Notes: generated from the letters alone by a model not told the origin. DNA of 64,000 nucleotides from Kudoa neothunni (GCA_964304625.1 OZ199839.1:6886234-6950233); one strand, 5' to 3'; shown: positions 24,801 to 38,598, counted from the first letter of the stretch. Numbers and translations are program-made.

Positions 24801-27800
24801 TACATGATGAACAAAAGAAGACATTCACAGTTCAACTGGTTAATCCAGAGCCATCTGAAATGTGCACATTTGAATGGATAGACGCCACAGCATCGAATTC
24901 AAACAGTTTTTTTTCAAATGAATGTGATAATAAGGAAAACTGTTTTTTCAGTATGTGTAGCAGCTACAGATTTGGATATGTTCATACAAATATAAAGGCG
25001 GTTAAAATAAGGGTCCTAAAATTAGGAATGAAACCTACTATCGGTTATCAAAATAATATATACATACGTAAGATTTAAATATATTAAATAAATCACTGTT
25101 AATTTTTAGTGAAACATGGAAAAGATTTGTCTGCCATAACAGCAGAAAAAAAAATTCAAATAAATGTTAAAGGGAAAGATAGGAACGAGGATGGCGGGGA
25201 TGTTGCCGGTCCAGCTCCTTCATGCATGCTAAAATTTTGGAACACATACGCTCCATTAGTTACTGAAAATGGAAGGAAAGATGTAAGTGGTTCACCTTCT
25301 GCTTGTATCTTTGGGGAGGTTAAAATTACCCCTGAACCAACTTATTTACATAATGATATTATGGTAACCATAACGGGTATACCTAATTATTCACCAAGAA
25401 AATATTTTTTCCATAAAATAAGTATTTTACCAAATATAACGTTATTTAAATATATTTTAAGCTCAAGACAACCAACTTTCCATTGATGAGTCTTCATTAA
25501 CACCTTCAGCTATTGGATTCACGATCACCGGGGATGTTGCAGCATCAGAAAAAATTTGTACCATCTACATAAAAGAAAATGATGAATTATATTATCCTGC
25601 AATTTGTTCAGAAACGGAGTTATGTGTAAGCTCGTGCAGTTCACGGTTTGACATTACTGGACTTAACTCAGATACTACGTATACTCTCAAAATTGTTCCC
25701 AGTGGAAACTATGAAACAAAAATTGTTGAAAACAAGCAAACAAGTAACAATCATAATTTATATATTCAATAAAGAATTAATAATTAATAGGCGGTGAAAA
25801 AATTGAATTTATAATTTCAAATAATTCCAAGAAGAACAAGCTTATAATAAAAATTAAACAAATTTTAAATTGGGCTAGCACTGGAAACTGCAACTATCAG
25901 TTATATAAACACGAAACAGACAAACGTAATTGTGTCATATTACGTTTATTATCTTTAAATAGTTTCACCTACGAGAATAATAAAGTCTTGCATTGGCTGT
26001 GATAGTGATGTTAAAAAATGCAACAAAATTGAATTTGATGATGTATACGATAATAAGTATAACTACAGGTTGATGATTTATGCAGAGGGAAAATCATCGC
26101 CATCCAAGCTATCGATACCAGGTAACTTTTAAAACAATCCCTATTGAGATACATTTATAGCTTTTATTCGACGCGGAACACTTGAACAGAAGTTTATACA
26201 ATCTTCGGATGAAGAATCTGAAAAATTCTCAATTACACTGAAAGATTTTCCTGAGGATAAGTGTATAATAAAGATAGCTAGTTTTACAGGGACTGAATAT
26301 AAAAAGCCACAACTCTGCACAGACGTAAATGGAGATGGTTGCGTAGTGAACTGCAATAGAAATGAATTTGAGGTCGGATACATTAATTCAAAAGTTAATC
26401 GATATATATCAATATGCTATGGTGTCGATGATGAAGAAGCCAAAAAGTGTAAAAAGGTTCAAGTGTTCCCATAATAATGAGTAATTGAACTGAATAGTAT
26501 TTAACTTTAATAATTAAATAATATTCATAGGTTACAAAACAAGATAACACTTATGCAATATCTTATTCTGATGGAAAAGTAAGTTTCTCTTACAAATCAA
26601 ACTCAATAACTGATTGGAATATACAATATGACGGGGAAGATGTTCCACAGAATGACACAAGTAACACCAGCTTGGAAATAAAAGCTTATTCTGAGACTCC
26701 AGAAGATAAATCTACTTTTCTCTTAATTGATAGATACATAAGTTATTATAATATCAGTTCAACATTGTTATGGCCTGGAATATTATATTACATAAATAAT
26801 ACTTATTTGAATTCTGAGGCCCCTCTAAAATCCGAGATCATTTATTCAATTTCGGGTGATGCTAGTAATAGAAAACTCAAAATAAAATTCTCTCCTGGCC
26901 CATATAATGACGAGATTTGTCACATCAAAGTATTTAAGGTAAGTGAAAGGAACCCAACTCATCAAGGTACTGTTCTGAATGGATGCACTGAGGAGAAAAA
27001 AGAGTGTTTCCATCTTTGTCAAGATAGTTTTATCAACTTGATAGAAGAAAGTGATAAAGTTGGAATAATTGTAAAACGAAGGTTTGATAACGATGGATTC
27101 AAACAATACTTTAAAAGTAGCATTGGATTTAACTTTAAAAATAATGTCCTATAGGAAATGACAGTGGCATAAATATAAGCGACATTAAGAGTATGGAAGT
27201 CACCCTTACCGGAGTGGACGTTTATAAGGATATGAAGACCGGTGACGTGGATTCGGTGTGTACAATTCGCATACGCCGAGCGAATACTTTTTCGACTGAA
27301 GCCAGCGCTAATTGTAATAACAATGGTGTATGCAGTACTAGTTGTGAGGGTTCGTACCTTATTACTGGTCTTACGGCCGGAACAAATTATGTAGTTTCTG
27401 TAACGGTAACCAACATTGGAATTAATAACTATGTAAAGAAAACATCATTCCGAACATGTAAAAACTAAAATTTAAAATTCAAATTCAAAAAATATATTTA
27501 GCTGGGGGAAATGATTTAACTGCGAATGATACACTACCAAGCAAAGAGGGTTCCACTGCTACAATAACACCATTTGGATCTGAAAATCTTTTCCTGGTCT
27601 GCAGAATATATGTCAAAAAGAATGGGACATTGGATTCAAAATATATGGCTACATGTGATGAAATGGGAGCATGCGAGAATAAATGTGAGGCTAAGTTCAA
27701 AATTGTCAACCTAGAATTAGGAGCGACTTACACCGTGACGGTCGAACCATCTGATGGCAAAAAACAAAAGGAGTATTCCATTGAAACGAGTATTCCAAAT

Positions 27801-28708
27801 CTATAAGCTTATTTTTAATTATATTTTTCAGTTAATGGTGCTATTTCAACTAAGCATTCGCTTGATGGAGATAATGACTTGACAATTGAAGTGGATTTTA
27901 CAGGAAAAAAAGACAATTCAATATGCCCATTTATAATTCAGGAAAAATCCGGAAACGATCAGGAGGGGGAAATTGTTACATGGTGTAATGATGACGAGGA
28001 ATGCTCGGCGAATAGATGTACTGTTAACATCAATAACTTGTCGACGGAAAAGGATTATATATTGAAACTGAAAGTAAAGGATCACTCACTATATAGATCA
28101 TATATTATTCAATGTAAATATTTTTTGTTTAAACTATTAAATAATCCTTATTGTTAAATAATATATTTTGCGAAGACTCGAGAATAGGTCAAATGAAAAG
28201 GTAACGAAATTCTAATTATTTGCTCCATATATTTATAATGATTCATTTAGTAAATTAAATAAAAAATCTTTGCGGAATAACAAATTTATAGAAGGAGAAA
28301 ACATAAGGAGCGAGTATGCCAACATTGTAGTAAATGATATCGTTCAGAAAATAATAGAAAAGGTTGAGAAAAGGTAAACTACCCACAATTTTTTATGTCA
28401 TATTTATAGCATTATATATAGTAAAATTATTATAATTTAATGAACTGAAAAATAATAAAAATTGTAGATAATGAAGAAAATCACAACTACAATGTTGCAA
28501 AGAATAGTTATTCGTAATTTACATGATTATTCTCATGTTTTACATTAGATAGGTCTGTCGGAAGTTATATGTAACAGAAAATACATATTTGTTGTAGATA
28601 ATCTCTTTTAGCTTATATGCAATGATACCCATCGTGGCTTCACTTTTTGTGGTGATAGGTATAGCTGTTTACAGGAAGAATTCTAAGAACATTTCTTACG
28701 ATCTATAA
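21835..28708 (+). CDS. Large type-I membrane protein with Cys-containing fibronectin type III-like repeats (about 1,970 aa, about 23 exons)
   Basis: Manual exons: 21835-21898, 21940-22308, 22351-22887, 22929-23255, 23297-23608, 23651-23941, 23983-24462, 24504-25067, 25110-25421, 25462-25743, 25791-25925, 25963-26121, 26161-26456 (or 26462), 26531-27116, 27155-27457, 27502-27789, 27832-28113, 28176-28200, 28251-28373, 28410-28420, 28468-28513, 28553-28570, 28612-28708. Hydrophobic N-terminus (STIYLLIFSLLCA). FN3 tyrosine-corner motifs: LQPLTEYIL, LDPKTNYKI, GLNSDTTYTL, GLTAGTNYVV, LELGATYTV, LSTEKDYIL. TM segment ILYAMIPIVASLFVVIGIAVY followed by RKNSKNISYDL*. The junction at about 26460 and the 3' micro-exons are less certain. 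Confidence 0.75.
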
Positions 28709-29155
28709 AGTCAATGATACATTCACTATTCATTACATCAGTTATCTATAATATTATAAAATTTAGTTAACAAGTTTGTTACTAATTTTTGGAAAAATTA
28801 TATTTGAAGTATTATAATTATTAGCTGATAACCTTTAGTATTTTTTCAGATTGAACATAAATTTATTTTCTAAAACTATATAAGCGTTTAAACAACATTT
28901 ATTTAGCACATTATTGTTTAATTCTTATTCATTGAAATAAGTTTAATATATTTAAAATCAATTAGTTATCATAAGAAGTGATCTAAATTAAATGTTATTT
29001 GACTAAATTAAAAGATAAACTAGATTCATTAATTTTAATCTTATGGCGTATTTATCAAATATATAAATAAATATGTAATTAGTCAAGTAGTTTTCTATTC
29101 TCCACAAAATGAGACCGCCTTTAACATTTAACTCTAGCAGCATAAATTCCTATAA

Positions 29156-30407
29156 CCCTCCCGGAACCCTGAGGGGTCATTCGTGACCCATTTTTGGTAA
29201 ATGTTTGTTTTTACCTACTTAAACTTTTCATTTCAATTGTTTAGTTCATGTAATATTAGATTAACGTGTATTGTTTATAAATACAAAATTTAAGATAAAT
29301 TGTAGTATTCTAAGATTCAAACATTGTGTTTCGTGTTACGTACCACTGATATATGTTATTTGAAACTATTTTATATGGCTATATCAAGGGTAATTAATTT
29401 ATCTGCAAAGAAAAATGATCATTTAAATGTATATTGTCACGACCAAACTGAGGAATATTGTATTTAGTAACCATTTTTGTTATCTGTTATAAGATTCAGA
29501 AGATGGAATAGGATCAAACGAGATTAATCCCACTATTATTGTCGTCCAGGTTATTGCGCGTTGAAACCCGAACAGGTCGCTTGATGTTCTTTTAAAGTAT
29601 TTTATAATATTTGTTTTTTCCATTAATTAAATGAAAATTTTATTAAAATAAAATGGGGCCATATTCTACTAAAAAAGAATAATTTAGTCCAATAGTTAAT
29701 AGATTAAAATTTAGTCACATTATTTCTGTCATGATATCGCCAAATTTCAACGATTCCTTATTCCATAAAACTAACAAGTAAACATTTATGTTAATCGTTT
29801 TATTTTTTAGTGAAATTAAGCTAAGTTATTCCCTTATAACTATTGAAATGATTAAAACCAAATTGAAAGAAATAAGTTTTGAATCATATTTATATTCTGA
29901 TTAAAAATATTTTCATTCATAATTCAAATAAATTCATCCACATTTATTCAAACCTAACATTTTTCTTTATTTCTCAAGATGTGTTGTAAACTTATCTTAA
30001 TGTAAATCAATAAGGGATTACCTAACTTCACCGGAGTTGCCTCACGTTAGCGACATGGCTGAGCAGCCTAATATTGATATCAAAAGTGGCGTAGAAGTTT
30101 CAATTTTGTTACATTCAGTTAAATACGAAACCGAAATAGTTATACCTATTACACCAACCATTTGAAATTTTGTTTTGATAAGTTTAATTGGAAATGTCTC
30201 CCGACATGGTCACGATATTTTTAACAAATTCTTTTGTCGCTTTTATATTTTAAACATATATTTTAATGTTTAAAAGATTAATTAATCTATATACCAAAAG
30301 TTAGAATCATACTCAATCATTATAGTAGAAAACCATTGGGGTCGCCGGCCGGCCGACCGACTCCCATGGGAACACACGTAAGTTTTTTGAGTACGATCCT
30401 TCGTGGG
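29156..30407. mobile_element. Non-autonomous piggyBac-like element (about 1.25 kb)
   Basis: ATAA|CCCTCCCG...CGTGGG|TTAA ends. The subterminal block at 30365-30390 is the reverse of a block near the left end of the 34075-35367 element. Confidence 0.5.
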
Positions 30408-30535
30408 TTAATTGTTCAGATATTTCTTGATACATAAATATAAGTTCTACCATAACTTTTAGTTTATGAATTAATTAATTTTCTATATTTTAAACTTGAA
30501 AGTACAAAAAAATAATTGGAATTTTATAAACATAA

Positions 30536-33500
30536 CTCTTTCGTGCCCAAAGGATACCTTGGTGACCACATATATATTCTCTATATGGAAGCTTAGTTAT
30601 GGGAAATATGGTCACGGAATTAGTTTTTTTAAATAATTCAATCTTTTTTTAATACTAATAATAAAAATTTTATAGCAGAAAACTTTAAGCCATTGTGGTT
30701 CCAAGAAGTCATTATATTGTTTCATTAATTAATACTTTTTCAATAAAATATAACACCAAAATTTTGAGTTGTAGATAACAACATAAATAATAGTTTTATT
30801 TAAGTTTGGCATTAGTTTATGTAACTTTTAAAAAATAATACATAATCACTAGGATAGCCTTAGGGTATATGCGCCCAGTCTGAACAAAGATAGATCACGG
30901 CGTTAATTATAATAAACGAAATAATGATAAATCAATATCATAAATAGCTTCTTCCAGATGCCGATCTATCAGAAGCTGACACGGTTTCTGATGATGAAAT
31001 TTAAAAATTATGCTAATTAAAGATGATGATTTCTGTATTTCTACGTCTGATAACATTGATTCCGACTCTAAAAATGATGATGTAGAGTACAAATGGACTA
31101 ACAAAGATTCTTGACTTGATAATCCGAATGATGTCGTTACTGTTAATGATTTTGGAGAAGTTAAAGAATTGATCAACCTTATTGATTACTTTAAATTCTT
31201 TTTTCACGAATCACTAATCCAGATGATAACGGATGAAACAAACATTTATGCGACTCAATGTAGAAAAAATATTGTTACAGATGTTGAAGAGATCCAAAAG
31301 TATCTAGAGGTCCTCATTTTGATGGGTATTGTTAGAATGCCTCGTTATCGCTGTTATTAGAGCACATCACTAGATTTTCCACACGTATCGAACGTTTTCT
31401 CTAGAAATCGATTTGATAAAATTTCAAAATTTATTCATTTTTCAAATAATGAAGATATCACTTAAGGTCAAACAAAAAATTAGGATCTTTTTCTAAAATA
31501 CGACCTTTTTAAAGAATTTACATTTCGCGTTTTTAAAGATAAACCCAGAAATCTGCAATTCAATCGATGAAAACATCATTCCCTTCAAAGGAAGATGCAA
31601 AGCCAAACAGCACCTTCCTATTAAACCAACCAAATGGGGATTTAAAGTGTTTACTTGGTATGGCATCAGTGGCAGTGGCTTAGTCTGATTTTACCCTGTA
31701 TGAGGGAAAACCACCAGCAGTTTCACAAACTTATGGTCAAACTGGGGATGATTCTGTAGTAAAATTGTGCAAAACTTTGCCAACTTCAAGAACCTTCTTT
31801 TATATTTTGATAATTATTTCACATCTACAGTTGTGTATGGGTCGTTAGCAATATGGCTCCAACGCAATTTTTAAAAATTTACTTGTTTACTATTTATTTT
31901 GTTTTAATTCAAATTTAAATAGATAATTCAATACAAAATAGATCAATCATCAATGAATAATTGGTTTTAACAAAATAATAGGTTTGAAAACTTACTGTAT
32001 GGATCTAACGCAAAAATGGCTCAAGAGCAGCGCTTAATCTGAACTTTGCAAAAAATGATGAATGGAGCGTCAATTTTAGCGAAACAAAGCCACTTTACAC
32101 TATCAAAAAACTCGAAATTATTAAGGCTTTACGATTTCATATCATATAATAAAGGTTCTAAATTCCAAGCGATGGAAAAATTTGCCAATAAAATAGCACG
32201 ATAATACAAAGGGCTAAATGATCAGTTTCATTTTTGTGTCTTTCCTTGAGAAATAGAATAGGCGAATCATTATTTCTAGGCTATTTCTCAGCCCACAAAA
32301 AAAATATTTATCTAATGTAACACTGCTACTTTTCTTCTAACGCAACCAATGTGCTTTACATATTTGAGAATGGAATTGTTAAGGTTTTAAAATGACGCAC
32401 AAAGGAAATCTAATGGCGTCATTCATTCATCACATCGAATTTCAAGATAATGGCTACATAGTAACTAATGTCTTAGATGTTATTCATTTGGCAATCAAAT
32501 TGTGAGAATACATCAAAATGGAAACCATAGTTAATTGTTTTGGTAAATCATTTTTCCTCTCTGAAAATCCATTAAACGATGATTCCAATGCTCCTGATGA
32601 TGATCAATTTAAAGATGACATAATTGAGCTGATTAAAGAGGAGAAATCACTAGAATTAACAAATCCTATTGAAGAAACTCTTGAAAGCAACACAGTCAAT
32701 ACCTATGAAATTGTGACAACACCAGCTTTTCCTAATTTTGACAGGATTGATGACGACTCTGATTATATTGATAAAGTTATTATATCAAACCAAGAGGAAC
32801 TATATTAATTGGAAAAAGTTGGAAAACGTTTTCTAAATCAAAATTTGTCAATGCTTGACGATATAAACCAAACTTGAAAAAGCTGACTTAATATTTGAAC
32901 ATTTTTTTCAGAACAAAAAATTTAGAACATTATTTTAATAATAACAAGTATATAAGTTAATTCTTGTTTAAAATTAATTTATTATTGATTATATGATCGA
33001 TGGAAAACTGTTATTTTTGCCTTAACGCATTCGTTATTCGAATGTGTCCGGCGCAAAAATGGATGCAACTCAGAGGTTTTCATCTTCTCCATTTCTACGT
33101 TACATCCATACATTAATGTATTCCACTGCAGCAACTGTTAAAGAAGCGAAACATCTACTTTGTTAGAACCATAAGAAGGAACAGAATTAAAGATTGTCCA
33201 TTAACCCCGGTAAAACAATTCAACAAGAAAGGTTTCGATTCTTACAAAAGCTTTCAGGATACCAAAAATGGAAGAATATTAACTCAATGATGTGACGGTT
33301 CCGTTGTTATGCTTTCTTATGCTCATTCTTCATCCCAACCCCTTGGTGTCGTTAAAAGTTTCGATATAAGGGCTAAAAAAACTACAAATATTGACTATCC
33401 CAATGTAGTTTCAGAGTATAATAAAAACATTGGCGGAGTTGACTTGTCAGACATGTTAATGGCACTGTACAAGTTAAACCACAAATGCCGAAAGTTTTAT

Positions 33501-34070
33501 ATGCGAATATTCTTTTGGGGGCTCAATATCGCCATAACCAATGCTTGGTTAATATATAGACGGAATACAAAGTCAATGGTGAAACAACAAAGTAATGGAC
33601 TTTTTGTAATTTACTCAGTCTATAAGTGAAAGTTAGATTCATTTCAAAAAATCCAATATGGTAAAAAAGCGTGGACATCCTTCATTGGATGATTCTAAAG
33701 TTGTAGCTGTTGATCATTCGCATAAAAAACAATCGAAACCCCTGTCAGAGTCAATAAGATTTGATAATGTCGGTCACTATCCTGAAATAATGGATACAAA
33801 AGGAAGATGCAGATTGTGTAAAAAAATAACACAATTCAGCTGCATAAAATGTTGATTACCGCGTTGTATTTTTAAAACTCGAACCAGATTCGATGGAAAC
33901 TATTTTTTGTGCAAGTGCCCAATGGTCATTCTGGTGACCACGATGAAAAATGTTAAAAAATAATATTTAAACATTTAATTTCTATTCAAAATTTTTTATG
34001 TGAAAAAGAAAAGAAATCATTATTAAATATAATTTTTACAATTCTAATTTAAAATTTGAGCACGAAAGGG
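30536..34070 (+). mobile_element. Decayed piggyBac (PGBD3-like) transposon interrupted by a nested pogo element
   Basis: TIRs CTCTTTCGTGCCCAAA and TTTGAGCACGAAAGGG. Motifs ETNIYA, SIDENIIPFKGR, KPTKWGFK, FDNYFTS, YNKNIGGVDLSD and a C-terminal Cys-rich domain GRCRLCKK..CIKC. Confidence 0.9.
31828..33118 (+). mobile_element. pogo/Tigger-like element nested in the piggyBac transposase
   Basis: TA|CAGTTGTGTATGG ... CCATACATTAATG|TA. Removing it restores FDNYFTS-IPLQQLLKKRNIYFVRTIRRNR. ORF 32518-32808 (ETIVNCFGKS plus acidic tail) resembles a Tigger C-terminus. Confidence 0.8.
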
Positions 34071-34074
34071 TCAA

Positions 34075-35367
34075 CCCTCCCCGTACTGCGGGCGAAAAAA
34101 TTACGCGTGTGCCGATGGGATCCATTTAGGACCCACTTTTAAATTGGTCTTAAAGACGATAAATTATTGCGAAACTAACGTGATGTTATTTAAAGACATT
34201 TATAAGCACAACAAACAAAATCTAGGCTCTCTCCGATAGCTCAAAATGCAGACATGAGACCAAGATGAACTTATTGTGTCGGATCAATGTGATGAAATCA
34301 GCGCATAAATTTCAGCATTAAAGGCTTCGAAGATGTCTAAATGAAATAAATATCTAATTTATCCGACTAAATGCTATAAAAAATTAATAGATGAAGATCA
34401 AACATAAGCCGAATTAAGCGCCCTTCTGTAAAAATTATCGGACTGTTTCGGAAGTGGTAAATGTAACCCCCCATGCAGTTTACTCTGAGTTTTCATAGAA
34501 AGCAGTGTTTGAAAAACTCGCATCGTTTTAATTTCTTCAAAAGTATAATAAAAAAATATAAAATGTGCACTTAATAATTTTTTTACATTATTAAATGCTA
34601 CATCCCATTACGTTTTTTACGAACCTTTTTTAAATTTATTTGCATATTTAAGAGTTAATATGATTACATTAAAGAATTTATTTTTAAGGAAACTAAGTTA
34701 TTTAAATATTTTGGTATCCATACTTGAAAAACTGTTGGAACATACATTTAACGCTTCTATACGAATAATTCGTAGCACATACATGTCGATATCAATAATC
34801 AATAAACACACGGTGCTTTAACTACTGTTAAATACTCAATACAAATATTAATAGACATTATTTCTGACTATTTTTAAAAATTACGGAATCCCCAGATGAT
34901 ACACAAAGATTCTAATAGTGATATTGCATATAAATGAATCATGGACTAGTTTATTGTTGGTAAACAGAGATTCGTTAGAGAAACAAGAGCCTACCAACCA
35001 AGAAGCGCGGCACGTATTAATCCTCGCTAATCTCCTATTAAGTCGAAGTATATATAAATCTTACGTATATATGGCTTTAAAATCAATTAAACGAAAGTTA
35101 TAAGTATAAATAAGTAAAATAGATTAAAATGTTCATAATGGACCATTTTTCTTGAAATTCTATTGGAATAAATATTCGGATTATGAAAGTAATATAACCT
35201 CGAAGACATATTTTTTAATTCAGAAAAAAATTTTAGTTTCTATACTTACTTTTCAACCTCATTGAGGCATCCCTGGAACAGTTAAGAAGTCAATGGTTCA
35301 GTTTCGGAATAACGCGAAAATTACTGAAATTGGGGTCCCTAATGGACCTCGCTTCGGACAGGGAGGG
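34075..35367. mobile_element. Non-autonomous piggyBac-like element abutting the preceding piggyBac
   Basis: TCAA|CCCTCCCCGTAC ... GGACAGGGAGGG|TTGA, with subterminal inverted blocks GGATCCATTTAGGACCC and GGGTCCCTAATGGACC. Confidence 0.65.
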
Positions 35368-36333
35368 TTGAAAAGATAATTAATTTAAACTTTAAAAATT
35401 TTATTACGAAAATACAAATAAATCTTTTGTTTTTAAATCATTTACGTACAATGTTCAAAATAGGAATGAAATGGGAATGCAAAGAAACCAATAAATCTAT
35501 TGAGGAAACTTTATAGAAACAACAAAGAGGATAAAATATTCTTTGATTATCCGCTTACCTGTTCTATGCGATCGTTAACTAACATTTCAAATCGTGGTTC
35601 TTTGTTAGTTAACGCTTTGAAATCCGAATTTAATTCAGTAACTAAACAAAATTTTTTGCTCATTTAGATCAATTTTAAATAATTTTATATAAAATATCCA
35701 AACATTGGAGCAGCCATTTCAAAAATCAATAAGATACACACATGGTGCCAATTGGCAACAGAGGGGCGGCGCTTATTTCAATATGCGGGAGTGAGCATGT
35801 GCTCGTTTTTATGTAACTTTGTTTTTAACCAAGAAAATACTCTTACATCATCAGAAATGAAATATTAAATTATTGATTGCAATTTCAATAATAATCCAAC
35901 AAGCAGTTTCTGTTATTAATGAGGCACACATGGACATTACACTTAATGCAAATATGTTCAAATAATTTATCCCTGAAGAATCGGTTGAAATAAGTGAAAC
36001 ATTCAAATATAATATCTTCAACTAGTTAAAAAATATCAGATGTTTCAATATAATTGTTTATTTAATTTTTTGTGTTCATTGCCTAGTTTAAACGATAGTC
36101 ATCTTACTCCCCATCACTAAAACTGTATTCGAATACAGTACCATCTTATTGGCTTTACAAAATGGAATCCGATTCCAGTCCAACGTCGGATTTGTGCCCA
36201 TCTGGTAATAATATGATTTTCTAAAAGTATGCTCTGTTTACCCCCCCCCCCATGTATTTAGAAACCATTCTGAAGAATACAAACAAACTTAAGTCGAGGG
36301 CCGAATGTTGACTTGTGACAACCGCTCTCTATA

Positions 36334-36594
36334 CCTGCTGACCCGATGTTGCCAAATGACAACATGGATTAATCTGTCCCTATAGTATACATATCAAAAA
36401 AAACAGTTAGATATTCATCTGTATTGTTCTTGATTTGAAACATACAAATTTTTATAATTCATTTATATAAAATCAAATTAACACTAATAATATTAGATTA
36501 TTATAATAAAGATAGATTTAAAATAAGTACTTTAATGGTTAAAACACTCAAAAAATTAAAATGTTGCCATTTAGCAACATTGGGTCCCAAAGGG
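36334..36594. mobile_element. piggyBac-type MITE (about 260 bp)
   Basis: Inverted repeats GACCCGATGTTGCCAAATGACAACAT and ATGTTGCCATTTAGCAACATTGGGTC. Right end is AAAGGG|TCAA. Confidence 0.6.
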
Positions 36595-37214
36595 TCAAAA
36601 AAATCAACGAATGTTTTTTTAATAATTACAAGGAAAAAATATAAATATTTATGAATCTTTTGATTAAATTATATGACTTTTTTGATATATTTTAAATATT
36701 ATTAACCTCAAAATCATAGACCATAACTATTAAAGTTGAGGAATGTAATTTTCCCTTTATTCAAAAAAAAAGAATTACATCATTAAATTAAAAAAATTTA
36801 TCTATTTTTAAGACATTTAGAGAACAACATTAAAGGAATAATGAATAATTTTTCATTCAGTTTTATGAATAACATTAGTCTCATTCTCTTTATTGATGAT
36901 ATGAATAAAGTTATTATATTAAGACAATTGGATTTCTATCAATACAAATAATTTTTGTTTTAATTAATATTGGCCTAGTATTATTATTATTGTTATAGTA
37001 CTCTTTAAAATTTTTATTGAGCAATCGTGGACAATCAAAAAAAAATTCTCCGTTTCGTTTGAATCAATTATTATCATATAAACAACCATTCATAAATAAT
37101 GAATAATCGATCCGATTAATAAATTATGATTCATCGAAGTATTATACATAATTTAAGGAATAAAATTCGTATTTAATATCTATCATTAACGACTGTTTTA
37201 TATTAATTTGTTTG

Positions 37215-38598
37215 ATGTTGGTGTTTTCATCATTTTCCTTGTTCATAACAATTGTTACAGCAGGTAATTCACTCAATTCGTTGTATAAATAATTACTTAT
37301 TGTATCAAGAGAGAGCTTTGCCTTCTTACGAGAAAGATGAAGGTCAAGCACCAGCTTGGTTGACGGATGAAGCTGCAAGAGCAAAGGCTGCTGTCGAGAG
37401 ATGGTATATCGACAAAGCTGACGCCACATGCAAACCTTTTACCTATCTTGGATCTCTCGGAAATTTTAACAATTTTGTATCGAGGGCAGCTTGCAACGGG
37501 CATCGTATATTGTGTTTAATTAATATAAGCGTTTAATATTTAAATAGTAAAATTTAAACCAGAAGAACAAGCTGATGCATGCGAGTTAACCAATAATGTA
37601 GGAAGTTGTGAGTTAACTGGCGAAAAAATGCTGACAAGATGGTACTTCACCAAAAGTGATGTTGGCGGTAAGACGAACTCTTGTCACAGCTTCAAATACA
37701 GTGGTTGTGGTGGAAACGCAAACAATTTCGAATCAAAAAAAGAGTGCGAACAAGCTTGCCAAAGTAATTCTCTCATTATTTCATGCAGAGCTTAAAATAA
37801 ATCAGTATGATAAATATTATTTTTTAATTTTGTTGACAGATACAAAAAATGGAAAGATAGCAAATGAAAGCGACCCTACCAAACTGACTGCAACTCCAAA
37901 TGAATTTGATTGCAAATTCGCGGCTGAAGTAAAAACTCACGAACCCAAAATGGGAATAATTCCTCACAAAGATGGAAATAGATGCGTTTATGCCGCTGTT
38001 GGAAAGACTGCCGAAAGGGGATTTTTTGATGATTTACCAAACTGTGTCAAGACTTGCATTAGTATATAATTCACTGTAGTAAATAGTTTATTTATCGCAA
38101 ATAGAAAAGAAAGTTGCAGCTTGCAATGCAGACGGTCCATATCAAGTTGAGTCACAAGTCCAAGTCACAAATGAAGTAAAAGACTACTTCTACTTCAATA
38201 AAACTCTTGCATTATGTCTGCCCTTTTTGTCAAAAGCACCAACGGGTGATACCCCAAAAATTGACGATGGTGCACTAAACATATTTAGCTCTGTTGAGTT
38301 GTGTGCTAGTTTCTGCCCTGCAAGTATTAATTTAATTTAATATAGTGTGTATAATATTAATTTAGCTGCTCATATTGGTCAATTAACGGCGGTTGAAGCT
38401 TGTAAACTACCAAAAACCGGAGTTTCCGATAGTAATGATAAGTACCAGATTGACAGATTCTACTACGATCACTCCGCAAGCGATGGCACTAAATGTGCAT
38501 CATTTAAATTTAACGGAAAAGATATGAACCTGAATAACTTTAAAAGTTCAGATGACTGTATAAAAATTTGCAAGGATCCTTTGACAGGTTCAACTTGA
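37215..38598 (+). CDS. Secreted five-Kunitz-domain protein, paralogue 3 (377 aa)
   Basis: Exons 37215-37263, 37310-37504, 37548-37763, 37840-38061, 38105-38323, 38366-38598. Frame intact, ends TGA. Confidence 0.9.

Noticed and set aside
26472-26480. Stop-codon reassignment to explain TAA TAA TGA
   Set aside because: TAA and TGA terminate the Kunitz genes and the membrane gene normally, and no other exon contains in-frame stops.
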